The notes: generated from the letters alone by a model not told the origin. Counted from the stretch's first letter, positions 9,367 to 17,265 are shown. The stretch: DNA of 32,000 nt from Promethearchaeum syntrophicum (GCF_008000775.2 NZ_CP042905.2:3720001-3752000); one strand, 5' to 3'. Translations and numbers: made by a program.

Positions 9367-10200
9367 TTATTCAAATTTTAAACCGCAATATTCGCAATAT
9401 TCATGGTTAGAAGAACTTTCCTCACCACATCTTGGACAATATCTCTTATCCGAGGGAGTATTATTAATTCTTCTTTCCACTACTACTTCTTCTCTAATAT
9501 CTTGTGAAAAAGCAGGATTAGAATTTACGTTGATATTCAAATTTTGGCGTTCGCGTCGTTCATGATATCTCGTTCTTAGATTTTCTTGGTGTCGAGTTAT
9601 GCTATCGATGATTACAAATGAAACAAGCATAATCGGTACACAAGGCCACCAAAACCAATTAGGACGACCATTACTAAAAATATCTACAAATATTAAGAAG
9701 AAACAAACTACCGCAGGATACCATAATGCATGTAATCTAGCTACGGGTTGACCTAATTCAATTTTTTTGATTCTCATATAAGCAACAAAATGTTCTCCAA
9801 CACCTATACCCATTGCAGCAACTGGCCATGCAAACCATGGATAGCCCATTCCTGTAATTACATTTAGGAGGAAAAGAAACATACTTACGGTTAATATGAC
9901 CGCAAAATGAATATAAAAACCACGATCTGATTTATAGGGATATCGATGAATAATAAAAATTACGGAACTATGAATTGATATCCCGATACCCCACGATATT
10001 AGCGGATATAAGAACCAGAAATTACCACCACTAACTCCTGTTAAAAAATTTAGTACCATTAAAAAGCAATTTACTGCAATATAAGTTATCCAATGTGCCC
10101 TTAAACCTGTTCTTGCACCTACTCGATTAAAATTGGGATTATTCCCATGAAATCTGGAATAATTCGAATTATTTTCCGAATTTCTTTGATTGTCCACCAT
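9367..10200 (-). CDS. membrane protein with three 2TM-type hairpin repeats and a C-terminal zinc ribbon
   Basis: A hydrophobic-hairpin pattern with WF..P...WGIG..H-like spacing occurs three times. The C-terminus is CPRCG...CEYCG. Confidence 0.6.
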   Translation of the reverse strand: MVDNQRNSENNSNYSRFHGNNPNFNRVGARTGLRAHWITYIAVNCFLMVLNFLTGVSGGNFWFLYPLISWGIGISIHSSVIFIIHRYPYKSDRGFYIHFAVILTVSMFLFLLNVITGMGYPWFAWPVAAMGIGVGEHFVAYMRIKKIELGQPVARLHALWYPAVVCFFLIFVDIFSNGRPNWFWWPCVPIMLVSFVIIDSITRHQENLRTRYHERRERQNLNINVNSNPAFSQDIREEVVVERRINNTPSDKRYCPRCGEESSSNHEYCEYCGLKFE

Positions 10201-10402
10201 TTATTTCAACTCAATTTTAGCTATATGATGTTAACATATAGCATCTGTTTTAATTTATTATGAGACCAATCTTTAGCAAGAAGGTATTTTTATATTGTGA
10301 AAATATTTAAGAATCGTGTCTCCCACGATATTCACTAATCTTAACAGTATTTTAAAAGTTAATTGGATGCAATTTAAAATTAAGAATAAAATAAAAAAAA
10401 AA

Positions 10403-10481
10403 GAACAATCCCCGGGCAGGGGTCTCCCATATCTCCATAGTTTTCAAGATATGATCATTGAATTCATCCTTTCACGAATGA
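10403..10481 (-). promoter_or_regulatory. 3' UTR of the selenopeptide gene with candidate SECIS-type stem-loops, ending in a T10 termination tract
   Basis: On the minus-strand RNA, UCAUAUCU/AGAUAUGG forms an 8-bp hairpin (+10427..10454). It is followed by GAGA-CCCC-UGCCC-GGGG-A (+10409..10426), then U10 (+10393..10402). This is the only GC-rich structured patch between the stop codon and the T tract. Confidence 0.3.
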
Positions 10482-10640
10482 TTATCCGCAGTCAACTTCC
10501 AACTTGCGAATGACTCGCTCAGTACCGTCTGGCTCAACAATGGTAATGTGAGCTGCACACGAGAGTCAGCAGTCATAACAGCGAATAACCATTTCCAATA
10601 GGTTCAAAATGTTATCATTTACTTCTACTACCATTTTCAT
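10482..10640 (-). CDS. vhuU: VhuU-like selenopeptide: the separately encoded C-terminal segment of the [NiFeSe]-hydrogenase large subunit, with an in-frame TGA read as Sec
   Basis: I translated it manually as MKMVVEVNDNILNLLEMVIRCYDC-TGA-LSCAAHITIVEPDGTERVIRKLEVDCG-TAA. The TGA is at 10566..10568. U-x-x-C-x-x-H sits exactly where the DPCxxCxxH motif is missing from the upstream large subunit. A GGAG lies 6 nt before the ATG, and the gene starts 10 nt after the large-subunit stop. Confidence 0.75.
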
Positions 10641-10650
10641 TTCATCTCCA

Positions 10651-11988
10651 TTATTTCACCATAGGGTCAGGTAATTTTACTTTATCTAAAATTCCTTGTT
10701 CAAATATTTGCTGGGCTGCGTGTTTCACGCTTTTTTCAATACCCGCAATATTGTGGTTTGTTGCAACTAAAAGATTCAGCTTTCGGCAAATACCTTCTGC
10801 ATCCGTGGTCATATCATATATAAGATTTCCTCTAGGAGCATCAACCATTCCGACACCGCGCCCTGCTATAGGTTTGATATCAAGAGTTTTGATATCCGTG
10901 CTTATAATTTCGGGATCTTTTAAGTACTTGATAATTAATTCAAAAGCAGCAACGGTTTCAATGATTCGAGCCCAATGATAAGCAAATGTATGATGAAAAA
11001 CTCCATTATCTTTTCCAAGAATCTTTTGAAACATTTCTTTTCGAGCAGCTTCAGCCAACGGAGTTTCCATTTCATCGCAAGCGTTTATCATTGCCAGTGA
11101 ATTAGTTCGATATATTCCATCTGGATAACCTACTGGACGGTAATAGGTGTGTGTTGCATAAGAATGATTAGGAATATGCTCACCAATTGCTTCCAAGTAA
11201 TCTGCAGGTTTGTAAACCGTTTTCTTACCTTCAGGTGAAACGAATACAATATCCCCATCATAGATTTCATGAACGAGTTTTCCATTGACTTGTTTGGCTA
11301 CACCACAGTAATATGTTGGGGTAACTGCAAGGTTAGCAACAACATCCCAATAATCAAACACGACTTTTTTAGCTAAATCGACTGTAGCTTTTACGTATTC
11401 TAATTGTTCAGGTATTTGAGCAATAAAGGAATCTCGCATTTCTGATGTTAAAGGATTTCGCATTCCCCCAACAATTCCAGCAATTGAACCAACGGATTTT
11501 CCACCAATGAAAGCGCTAATATTCTGCCCAAAATCCATCATTTTCAAAGCCATTGCTCCGACATCGGGTAAATCTTTGATAATTTGAACTACATTTCTCT
11601 TTGCAGGATCTGCAAAAGGACCATAAACAAAATCGGGTGCAGCTAATGCAAAGAAATGCAATAAATGCGAGCTATACTGTTTTGCATTCATGAATAGCTG
11701 ACGCAATTTATAAGCTGCAGTAGGAATTTCTACATTCCATGCAGCTTCTACCGATTTTGTGGCTGCAATGTGATGAGGAACAGGACAAATACCACAAATT
11801 CGATTAGTTATTCTTGGAACATGTTCAGCATATCGGCCAATACAAAGTTTCTCAAAGAAACGGGTTGACGTTATGTTAAATTGCACATCTTTTACAGTTT
11901 TACCATCTTCTGCTAAAACTAGTCTTAAACCACCGTGACCTTCTAAACGGGTTACGGGTTCAACTTCATATACTTTATCTGGAGACAT
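10651..11988 (-). CDS. vhuA: [NiFe(Se)]-hydrogenase large subunit, group-3 Mvh/Vhu type, lacking its C-terminal metal-binding segment
   Basis: It has N-terminal PVTRLEGHG and the RICGICPVPH (RxCGxCxxxH) Ni-Fe ligand motif. The ORF ends ...KLPDPMVK with no DPCxxCxxH. Confidence 0.9.
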   Translation of the reverse strand: MSPDKVYEVEPVTRLEGHGGLRLVLAEDGKTVKDVQFNITSTRFFEKLCIGRYAEHVPRITNRICGICPVPHHIAATKSVEAAWNVEIPTAAYKLRQLFMNAKQYSSHLLHFFALAAPDFVYGPFADPAKRNVVQIIKDLPDVGAMALKMMDFGQNISAFIGGKSVGSIAGIVGGMRNPLTSEMRDSFIAQIPEQLEYVKATVDLAKKVVFDYWDVVANLAVTPTYYCGVAKQVNGKLVHEIYDGDIVFVSPEGKKTVYKPADYLEAIGEHIPNHSYATHTYYRPVGYPDGIYRTNSLAMINACDEMETPLAEAARKEMFQKILGKDNGVFHHTFAYHWARIIETVAAFELIIKYLKDPEIISTDIKTLDIKPIAGRGVGMVDAPRGNLIYDMTTDAEGICRKLNLLVATNHNIAGIEKSVKHAAQQIFEQGILDKVKLPDPMVK

Positions 11989-11989
11989 T

Positions 11990-12880
11990 TTAGAGATTCA
12001 CCTTCGCTAACGCTTCTTTTCCTTTGTTTCTATGGAATTTTATTCCAAGAGTAGCAGGATCTTTACCCATGGCTAAAGCAATCAATTCCGTAATGTAAAA
12101 TGTTGGAAACTTATATACTTCACCTTCTTCAGCCATAGCTTTTAATTTCGGTTGTTCGCTATCGAATTGTTGAAAACATGAAGGGCAGTTTGCAACTAAG
12201 CAATCAGCACCAGCGCGTTTTGCACCATCAATTTTCGATTTCAACATTGTATTTGCAGTGTAAGGATCGGTATTTCTAACTACATTTCCACAACACAGGT
12301 TTTCTTCTTCATATTTGACAGCAGTAGCACCCGTAGCTTCAACCAGCTTTCTTAAATATTGAAGATTCATTACATCTTCTTCTACTTTCAAGATATGCGA
12401 TGGTCGAGCATAGTGGCATCCCGGATGCAGAGCAACTTTTAATCCTGTTAATGGATGTTTTACACTTGCTTTGATCCTTTCGATGCCTACTTCTTCATAT
12501 AACACTTTGACGAAATGAACTACGTTCGTGGTTCCCTTATATTCTTTACCCACTTTTTTGAGGATTTCGTTTACCTCATTCTTTAAATTAGGATCGTGTT
12601 TCATTTGATGGTCAGCAATAATCAAGGATTGAGCACAACCATTGCATAATGACATTATGTTCTTGTTTTCATTTTCAGCTACAACTAAATTTCTGGCAGC
12701 CAAAGTACACCACGTCTTATTATCTACAAATTTTAGACCAACTGGATTAGGACAACACGCAAATTCGGCAGAGCTATAACCAACACCAAGTTCATCAAAA
12801 ACAACTTTTGCTGATGCTTCAAGGAATGGTAATCGATTTGTCATTAAACATCCAGGAAACAATTTATATTCGGTTGTCAT
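11990..12880 (-). CDS. hdrB: heterodisulfide-reductase subunit B-like protein (two CCG domains)
   Basis: It has two Cys-rich CCG-type modules: ACCPNP...CNGC and LCCGN...CPSC. Its start overlaps the HdrC stop by 1 nt. Confidence 0.85.
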   Translation of the reverse strand: MTTEYKLFPGCLMTNRLPFLEASAKVVFDELGVGYSSAEFACCPNPVGLKFVDNKTWCTLAARNLVVAENENKNIMSLCNGCAQSLIIADHQMKHDPNLKNEVNEILKKVGKEYKGTTNVVHFVKVLYEEVGIERIKASVKHPLTGLKVALHPGCHYARPSHILKVEEDVMNLQYLRKLVEATGATAVKYEEENLCCGNVVRNTDPYTANTMLKSKIDGAKRAGADCLVANCPSCFQQFDSEQPKLKAMAEEGEVYKFPTFYITELIALAMGKDPATLGIKFHRNKGKEALAKVNL

Positions 12881-13407
12881 TATGCAGTCCCCTCCTCTTC
12901 TTTCTTTCCGAGTACTTTATTTATCCCAGTTGCTTCCATTATAATTTTGACTTCATCGACCGGAATTTTAGGTGGTAAACCAATACCCAATTTTTCACGA
13001 CGTTTATTAATTGCATCTTGAACTGGAATAGCCATTCCGTTGTCTCTAATAGTTCGAGCGGATTCCGGATAAAATTCGGGTGTTGCACCTGCAGCTACTG
13101 CAGCGTTCTTCAGATAACAAATAATATCTGTAATAGGTATTTCACTTGGACAGTACTCGTCGCATGTTTCACAAGCAGTACATCCCCACAAAGCAAATGG
13201 ATCACGTCCTACCGCTGCAAATAAGGCATCTTTGTATCCCAAAGCAGAGAATAAAACAAGATCTCGTGGATTGTATCGTGATCCCCATCGGTGGTGAACT
13301 GGGCATACCTCATTGCATTTGCCACATTGGAAACAGTAAGAGATTTTTTCTCCACCGATCATAAGGTCAAGAACATCTCTTTTCACATGTAAATCTATAT
13401 TAACCAT
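12880..13407 (-). CDS. hdrC: heterodisulfide-reductase subunit C-like 2x[4Fe-4S] ferredoxin
   Basis: The cluster motifs are CFQCGKCNEVCP and CTACETCDEYCP. There is 1 nt between the small-subunit stop and its ATG. Confidence 0.8.
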   Translation of the reverse strand: MVNIDLHVKRDVLDLMIGGEKISYCFQCGKCNEVCPVHHRWGSRYNPRDLVLFSALGYKDALFAAVGRDPFALWGCTACETCDEYCPSEIPITDIICYLKNAAVAAGATPEFYPESARTIRDNGMAIPVQDAINKRREKLGIGLPPKIPVDEVKIIMEATGINKVLGKKEEEGTA

Positions 13408-13408
13408 A

Positions 13409-14770
13409 TTAATTCTCCTCCACTTTTCTTCCTAAAGAACTTGTAGGAACACAAAACCGGGCAAATAACCCAGCAGGATCGCTGAAGAATTTTTTAATAT
13501 TCTCAGGATCATCTCTACAAATTGATGGGAAAAGACTCATCGCTTTAGATGGGAAGTCATCAACATTCAAAGCGGGACCATAACACCCTAAACATGGACT
13601 ATTTGCATTACAACATGTAGCTCCGCAACCAGCTTTTGTTATGGGTCCCATACATACGTAGCCTTGAACTAATAAACATTTTTCTTGATCTGGAAAACCT
13701 TCATAATCACGTATGTAACGAATTACTTCTTTGTCAACAACATTCCTTTCACATTGTGAGCATACAGTTTGTGCAGAATCATCATAATCGGGATTATCCT
13801 TAAGATTTCCCATAGCCGCTCCTACAATATTATTCAATATCTCAGGATATCCTTCAACAGTAAAATCAACAATTTCTTTTTCATTTACCAGTTTTGTTCT
13901 TAAATTATCTGGATCTAGTTTAACAGCGCGAATTGGATCGGCTTTTCCTACTAAATATCCCAATGGAACCGTGTTCAATGTCATGAGGAGTGTTTCCACA
14001 GTTTGTTGAACTTCCTTTCGAGATAATGGTTGTGCAGTTATTTTCTTAAACAATTTTTCCGCGTTTATGTTATGAACTTTTTTAGTTAATCCAAATTCCC
14101 CTAATACCGGATATCCCGACTCTATTCTTCCAAGTGGCACTGCAGAGGCAGTTATAGGTCCATAACATAATCTATCTTGATCAAGTAAACAAGTTTCCAA
14201 TGGACATACATCGCACATGGATTTCTCAGCATTGACTACTGTCTTTACTTGACCCAGTACAGTCGCAATTAAGCCAATAATATTACCTGTTTTTGGTGGA
14301 CACCCTGGTAAATCAACATCAATTTTTGTAACGGTGTGAAGATCCGGAATAAAATCCAAAAATTTTGAAACGTGTTGATCGGGAACAGTAGAACCCGGAT
14401 CTACAAATTCAGGGTCGGTAAACTTCCTTTCAGTAAGTTCTTCGATTGAAAATAAGTTTGCAAGTCCAGGACACCCTCCTAAAACAGCACAAGCCCCTAT
14501 CGCTACAATAACTTTGCATTTTCTCCGCATTAAATGAACATGTTCAAGATCGGCTTCAGTTCGACAAAAACCTTCAAGAAAACCAACATCTACACTATTA
14601 TCCTCGTAATTTTCCAAGTGTTTCAATTTAAAATCGACAACAGCAGGCCAATAAACGATTTCAATTTCCGGTATTACATGCAAGAGCGTTAAATGAGCAT
14701 CTAAAAGAGACTGGTGGCAACCCCAACACGAAGCTAATTGCATAAAAGCTACTTTTGCCATATTTTTCAA
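13409..14770 (-). CDS. [NiFe]-hydrogenase small subunit, group-3 (MvhG/VhuG-like), extended (453 aa)
   Basis: The proximal-cluster motifs are ASCWGC, GACAVLGGCPG and LPGCPP. The medial and distal motifs are CDVCPLETC...C and CMGPITKAGCGATCCNANSPCLGCYGP. A Cys-free segment of roughly 130 aa lies between them. Confidence 0.85.
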   Translation of the reverse strand: MKNMAKVAFMQLASCWGCHQSLLDAHLTLLHVIPEIEIVYWPAVVDFKLKHLENYEDNSVDVGFLEGFCRTEADLEHVHLMRRKCKVIVAIGACAVLGGCPGLANLFSIEELTERKFTDPEFVDPGSTVPDQHVSKFLDFIPDLHTVTKIDVDLPGCPPKTGNIIGLIATVLGQVKTVVNAEKSMCDVCPLETCLLDQDRLCYGPITASAVPLGRIESGYPVLGEFGLTKKVHNINAEKLFKKITAQPLSRKEVQQTVETLLMTLNTVPLGYLVGKADPIRAVKLDPDNLRTKLVNEKEIVDFTVEGYPEILNNIVGAAMGNLKDNPDYDDSAQTVCSQCERNVVDKEVIRYIRDYEGFPDQEKCLLVQGYVCMGPITKAGCGATCCNANSPCLGCYGPALNVDDFPSKAMSLFPSICRDDPENIKKFFSDPAGLFARFCVPTSSLGRKVEEN

Positions 14771-14964
14771 CTCTATTTTTAATTAATAAGATAAACCTAA
14801 ATATTAAATTAATTCGGAATTTTAGATTTTATCGTATTTATTAGTATGTAGTTTAAAGCTTTTAAGTTTTTAAAATTTACAAAATCATCATTTCTAGCGA
14901 TAATTTTGAATTCTATTTCGATTTTCATCGTTATTTAATGATTTAATGTTCGATATTCTTTATA

Positions 14965-15007
14965 ATATTACTAGTTTAGAAATTAGTAATATGAATCATG
15001 ATTCATA
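14965..15007. promoter_or_regulatory. candidate operator: 18-bp perfect palindrome TATGAATCATGATTCATA plus an overlapping 9-bp inverted repeat
   Basis: The palindrome at 14990..15007 is exactly self-complementary. ATATTACTA (14965..14973) and TAGTAATAT (14984..14992) are inverted copies. The site lies in the 396-bp gap between dsrH and the hydrogenase operon. Confidence 0.3.
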
Positions 15008-15166
15008 ATCTCCGAAAGCCTACAGTTTTTCCAATTCAATTTATATATATTTTAAAATGATTCAAAAACTCTAAATTAAATCCAATTCTGAATGATAATG
15101 GGTTATTGATTCATTTAAGGGAGTTTATAAAAGAATAAGATATAAAAAAAAATATGAATTGGAAAT

Positions 15167-15466
15167 TTAAAAATTTAATATTGAATCATTTTCAAAAATC
15201 AAATCTACTACTTCATCTGTTGTAACTAATTTAATTTTATCAGAAATGAATTTTACTAATCCCCTTTTCATAATATCCTCTTTACATGCAATAACTATCT
15301 TATTTTGATTAATTGCTTGTGAAACGGTATTATTGAATTTATTTGCAAAATACACTGCATTTTGAAGTAGAAGAATTGTTACTTCGTCTTCAATAGAATG
15401 TTCCATCGCAGTTTCTACTCCAGTGATATCTTGACTGGAAATAAAATATAACACTTTTTTTGCCAT
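15167..15466 (-). CDS. DsrH/TusB-family sulfur-relay protein
   Basis: It is 99 aa with an ILLLQNAVYFA segment typical of DsrH/TusB. It is the third of three consecutive small DsrE-fold genes. Confidence 0.7.
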   Translation of the reverse strand: MAKKVLYFISSQDITGVETAMEHSIEDEVTILLLQNAVYFANKFNNTVSQAINQNKIVIACKEDIMKRGLVKFISDKIKLVTTDEVVDLIFENDSILNF

Positions 15467-15479
15467 TTTTTCATGCCTC

Positions 15480-15824
15480 CTAAAATGGGATGGTTACGGA
15501 TGATTCCGCAATCATTTTTACTATATCACAATGATCTACAATTTTCACATGATCAACTAAATCCTCTTTGACTAATCCCCTCTCATCAATGGATTTCTTA
15601 TCAACAAAGATATCTAAATCAATACTTTTCAAGAAATTCATATGTACTAAATACATAGTTTTATCTACATCCTTAGTAAAGGTGTATACTGCATCATTAA
15701 TGGCAATGGTAATCGGATCAAAATCGGCACTAACTGCTACTGCCATTCGTAACCCCTCAACAGGATAAAGTGTTCCGTGTGGGGGTTGTCGCAAAAGAAT
15801 AACTACATTTTTTTCTTCAGTCAT
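15480..15824 (-). CDS. DsrF/TusC-family sulfur-relay protein
   Basis: It is 114 aa with a PPHGTLYPVEGLRMAVAV segment typical of DsrF/TusC. It lies between the DsrE-like and DsrH-like genes. Confidence 0.7.
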   Translation of the reverse strand: MTEEKNVVILLRQPPHGTLYPVEGLRMAVAVSADFDPITIAINDAVYTFTKDVDKTMYLVHMNFLKSIDLDIFVDKKSIDERGLVKEDLVDHVKIVDHCDIVKMIAESSVTIPF

Positions 15825-15835
15825 TTTTCATCACC

Positions 15836-16198
15836 TTAACAGATTACAATAAGTCTATCAGTTTCGTCAATAATTCTAGCAAGATCAGGTGTTCCAGCTT
15901 TTTTAATATCTCCGCTTTCCTTTGTGATACAATTTTTCATTGTACCTCTTACTAAAAGACAAATATTACAGAGTCTGATTGTCGCCCCTTTACTTAATAT
16001 TTCTTTAAAACCTTCTTCAATATTCATAATACCTTCTATTTTTTTTTGTTTTTCTAAGACCGCATTCACTGCATCCATATAACAAAAAATGCGGACACTG
16101 TGTCCTTTATCTAGTGCAGCGTTTGCGATTTTGCATACAGATTCACTAGCCTGTTTTTGATAAGGTCCATCAAAGAAAAGGATTCCTAATTTGGGCAT
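15836..16198 (-). CDS. DsrE/TusD-family sulfurtransferase
   Basis: It is 120 aa with an N-terminal GILFFDGPY. A conserved Cys context, LCNICLLVRG, sits near the position of the TusD/DsrE active-site Cys. Confidence 0.75.
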   Translation of the reverse strand: MPKLGILFFDGPYQKQASESVCKIANAALDKGHSVRIFCYMDAVNAVLEKQKKIEGIMNIEEGFKEILSKGATIRLCNICLLVRGTMKNCITKESGDIKKAGTPDLARIIDETDRLIVIC

Positions 16199-16224
16199 TT
16201 TTTAATTTCAACTCCCATCCTAAG

Positions 16225-17265
16225 TTAATCGTCTTTTTCTCTGAATAGTAAAAATGCCAAAAACCAACACCCTAATACTATTCCAACTGATGAAACTATA
16301 CTACCAACAGATAACTGAGGGATCCCGCTTAAAAGATTTCCAACATTACAACCTGAGGCAACAACTGCTCCAAAACCCATTATAAATCCACCTAAAAATT
16401 GTAACAATATTGTTTTACCTTCCTTTGGAGTTCTAAGCTTAAATTCACCAGCAATCAATGAAGCAATCAATGCACCAACAATAACGCCCAATACTAACCA
16501 TGAAATCCAGGATAATGCAGCTACATCTCCAGTAACTAAATATTTTAAGTTTCCTATCCAACCCGCAGTAATTCCTAAAGGATAATTTCTACCGGCTGCA
16601 GCAGATAAAGGCCATGCAATAATATTTATAATACCAATTAAATAGCCAGTTGAATACCAAGACCATCCTTTCTTGAATATATTTTCTCCTAAATTACTGA
16701 AATCAAAGAATTTCTCTCTCTTTGCTTTAATTTCTTTAAATACCCAGAAGTAGAAAGTTACTACAAGACCAATTACACCAATAATTAAACAGAATAATGG
16801 TGTTAAATCTCCAAAAACAGTGATTCCACCAGTAGATACTGATTGTAAAGCTGTAGTGACTCCTGAAAGAGCACCAGATTTTGTGGTAAACGCCCCAATT
16901 GCTAACCCAACTAAGGCTACCAATGATCCCATCATACCTTCTCCAACTCGATAGGTCGTTCCACTAGCACATCCTGCAGCAAGAACCATTCCTAATCCAA
17001 AAACAAATCCGCCGATAATAGACCCATATGCGAATAATGGTTTTGGATTCCAGGTAACCCATCCTGCAAGACCCATAATTCCAAATCCGGCCATGCATGT
17101 TAATAATGCAAGAGCTACAGATTTTATTAGTTTATATTCCTTTAATAAGATAATATCTCTAAAAGCGGAGTTCATACAAAATCGACCGCGTTGTAGGATT
17201 ATACCAAATAACATCCCAATCAAAAGTCCTGATATTAAGACTGCATAAAATTCTGCCATTTTCAT
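16225..17265 (-). CDS. YeeE/YedE-family sulfur (thiosulfate) or selenium transporter
   Basis: It is a polytopic membrane protein with two GRFCMNS/ASGC-type half-repeats (RGRFCMNSAF, AAGCASG, ASGCNVG). I chose the ATG at 17265, preceded by AAGGAG, over the track start at 17301, which overlaps tusA. Confidence 0.8.
   Translation of the reverse strand: MKMAEFYAVLISGLLIGMLFGIILQRGRFCMNSAFRDIILLKEYKLIKSVALALLTCMAGFGIMGLAGWVTWNPKPLFAYGSIIGGFVFGLGMVLAAGCASGTTYRVGEGMMGSLVALVGLAIGAFTTKSGALSGVTTALQSVSTGGITVFGDLTPLFCLIIGVIGLVVTFYFWVFKEIKAKREKFFDFSNLGENIFKKGWSWYSTGYLIGIINIIAWPLSAAAGRNYPLGITAGWIGNLKYLVTGDVAALSWISWLVLGVIVGALIASLIAGEFKLRTPKEGKTILLQFLGGFIMGFGAVVASGCNVGNLLSGIPQLSVGSIVSSVGIVLGCWFLAFLLFREKDD

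Noticed and set aside
10221-10243. An 8-bp inverted repeat, GCTATATG/CATATAGC with a 7-nt spacer, upstream of the 2TM protein gene
   Set aside because: It is short and AT-rich and plausibly arises by chance. It could be an operator or part of a terminator, but nothing else supports a function.
10409-10426. Treating the CCCC/GGGG hairpin plus T10 as nothing more than a terminator
   Set aside because: This is not fully rejected; it may well serve as the terminator. I kept it as a SECIS candidate only because a Sec-decoding element is required somewhere in this short UTR and this is the only GC-rich structure there.
10316-10513. A 65-aa plus-strand ORF in the track
   Set aside because: It has low-complexity, Lys-rich content. 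It lies antisense to the selenopeptide gene and its 3' UTR and spans the T10/A10 tract. The minus-strand reading, with its conserved Ni-binding motif, explains this region far better.
14771-15166. Whether the 396-bp gap hides a TGA-interrupted MvhD/VhuD-like selenoprotein gene
   Set aside because: I inspected the reverse complement by hand. It shows frequent TAA/TAG stops in all three frames, extreme AT content and no Cys-containing motif, so it looks genuinely non-coding.
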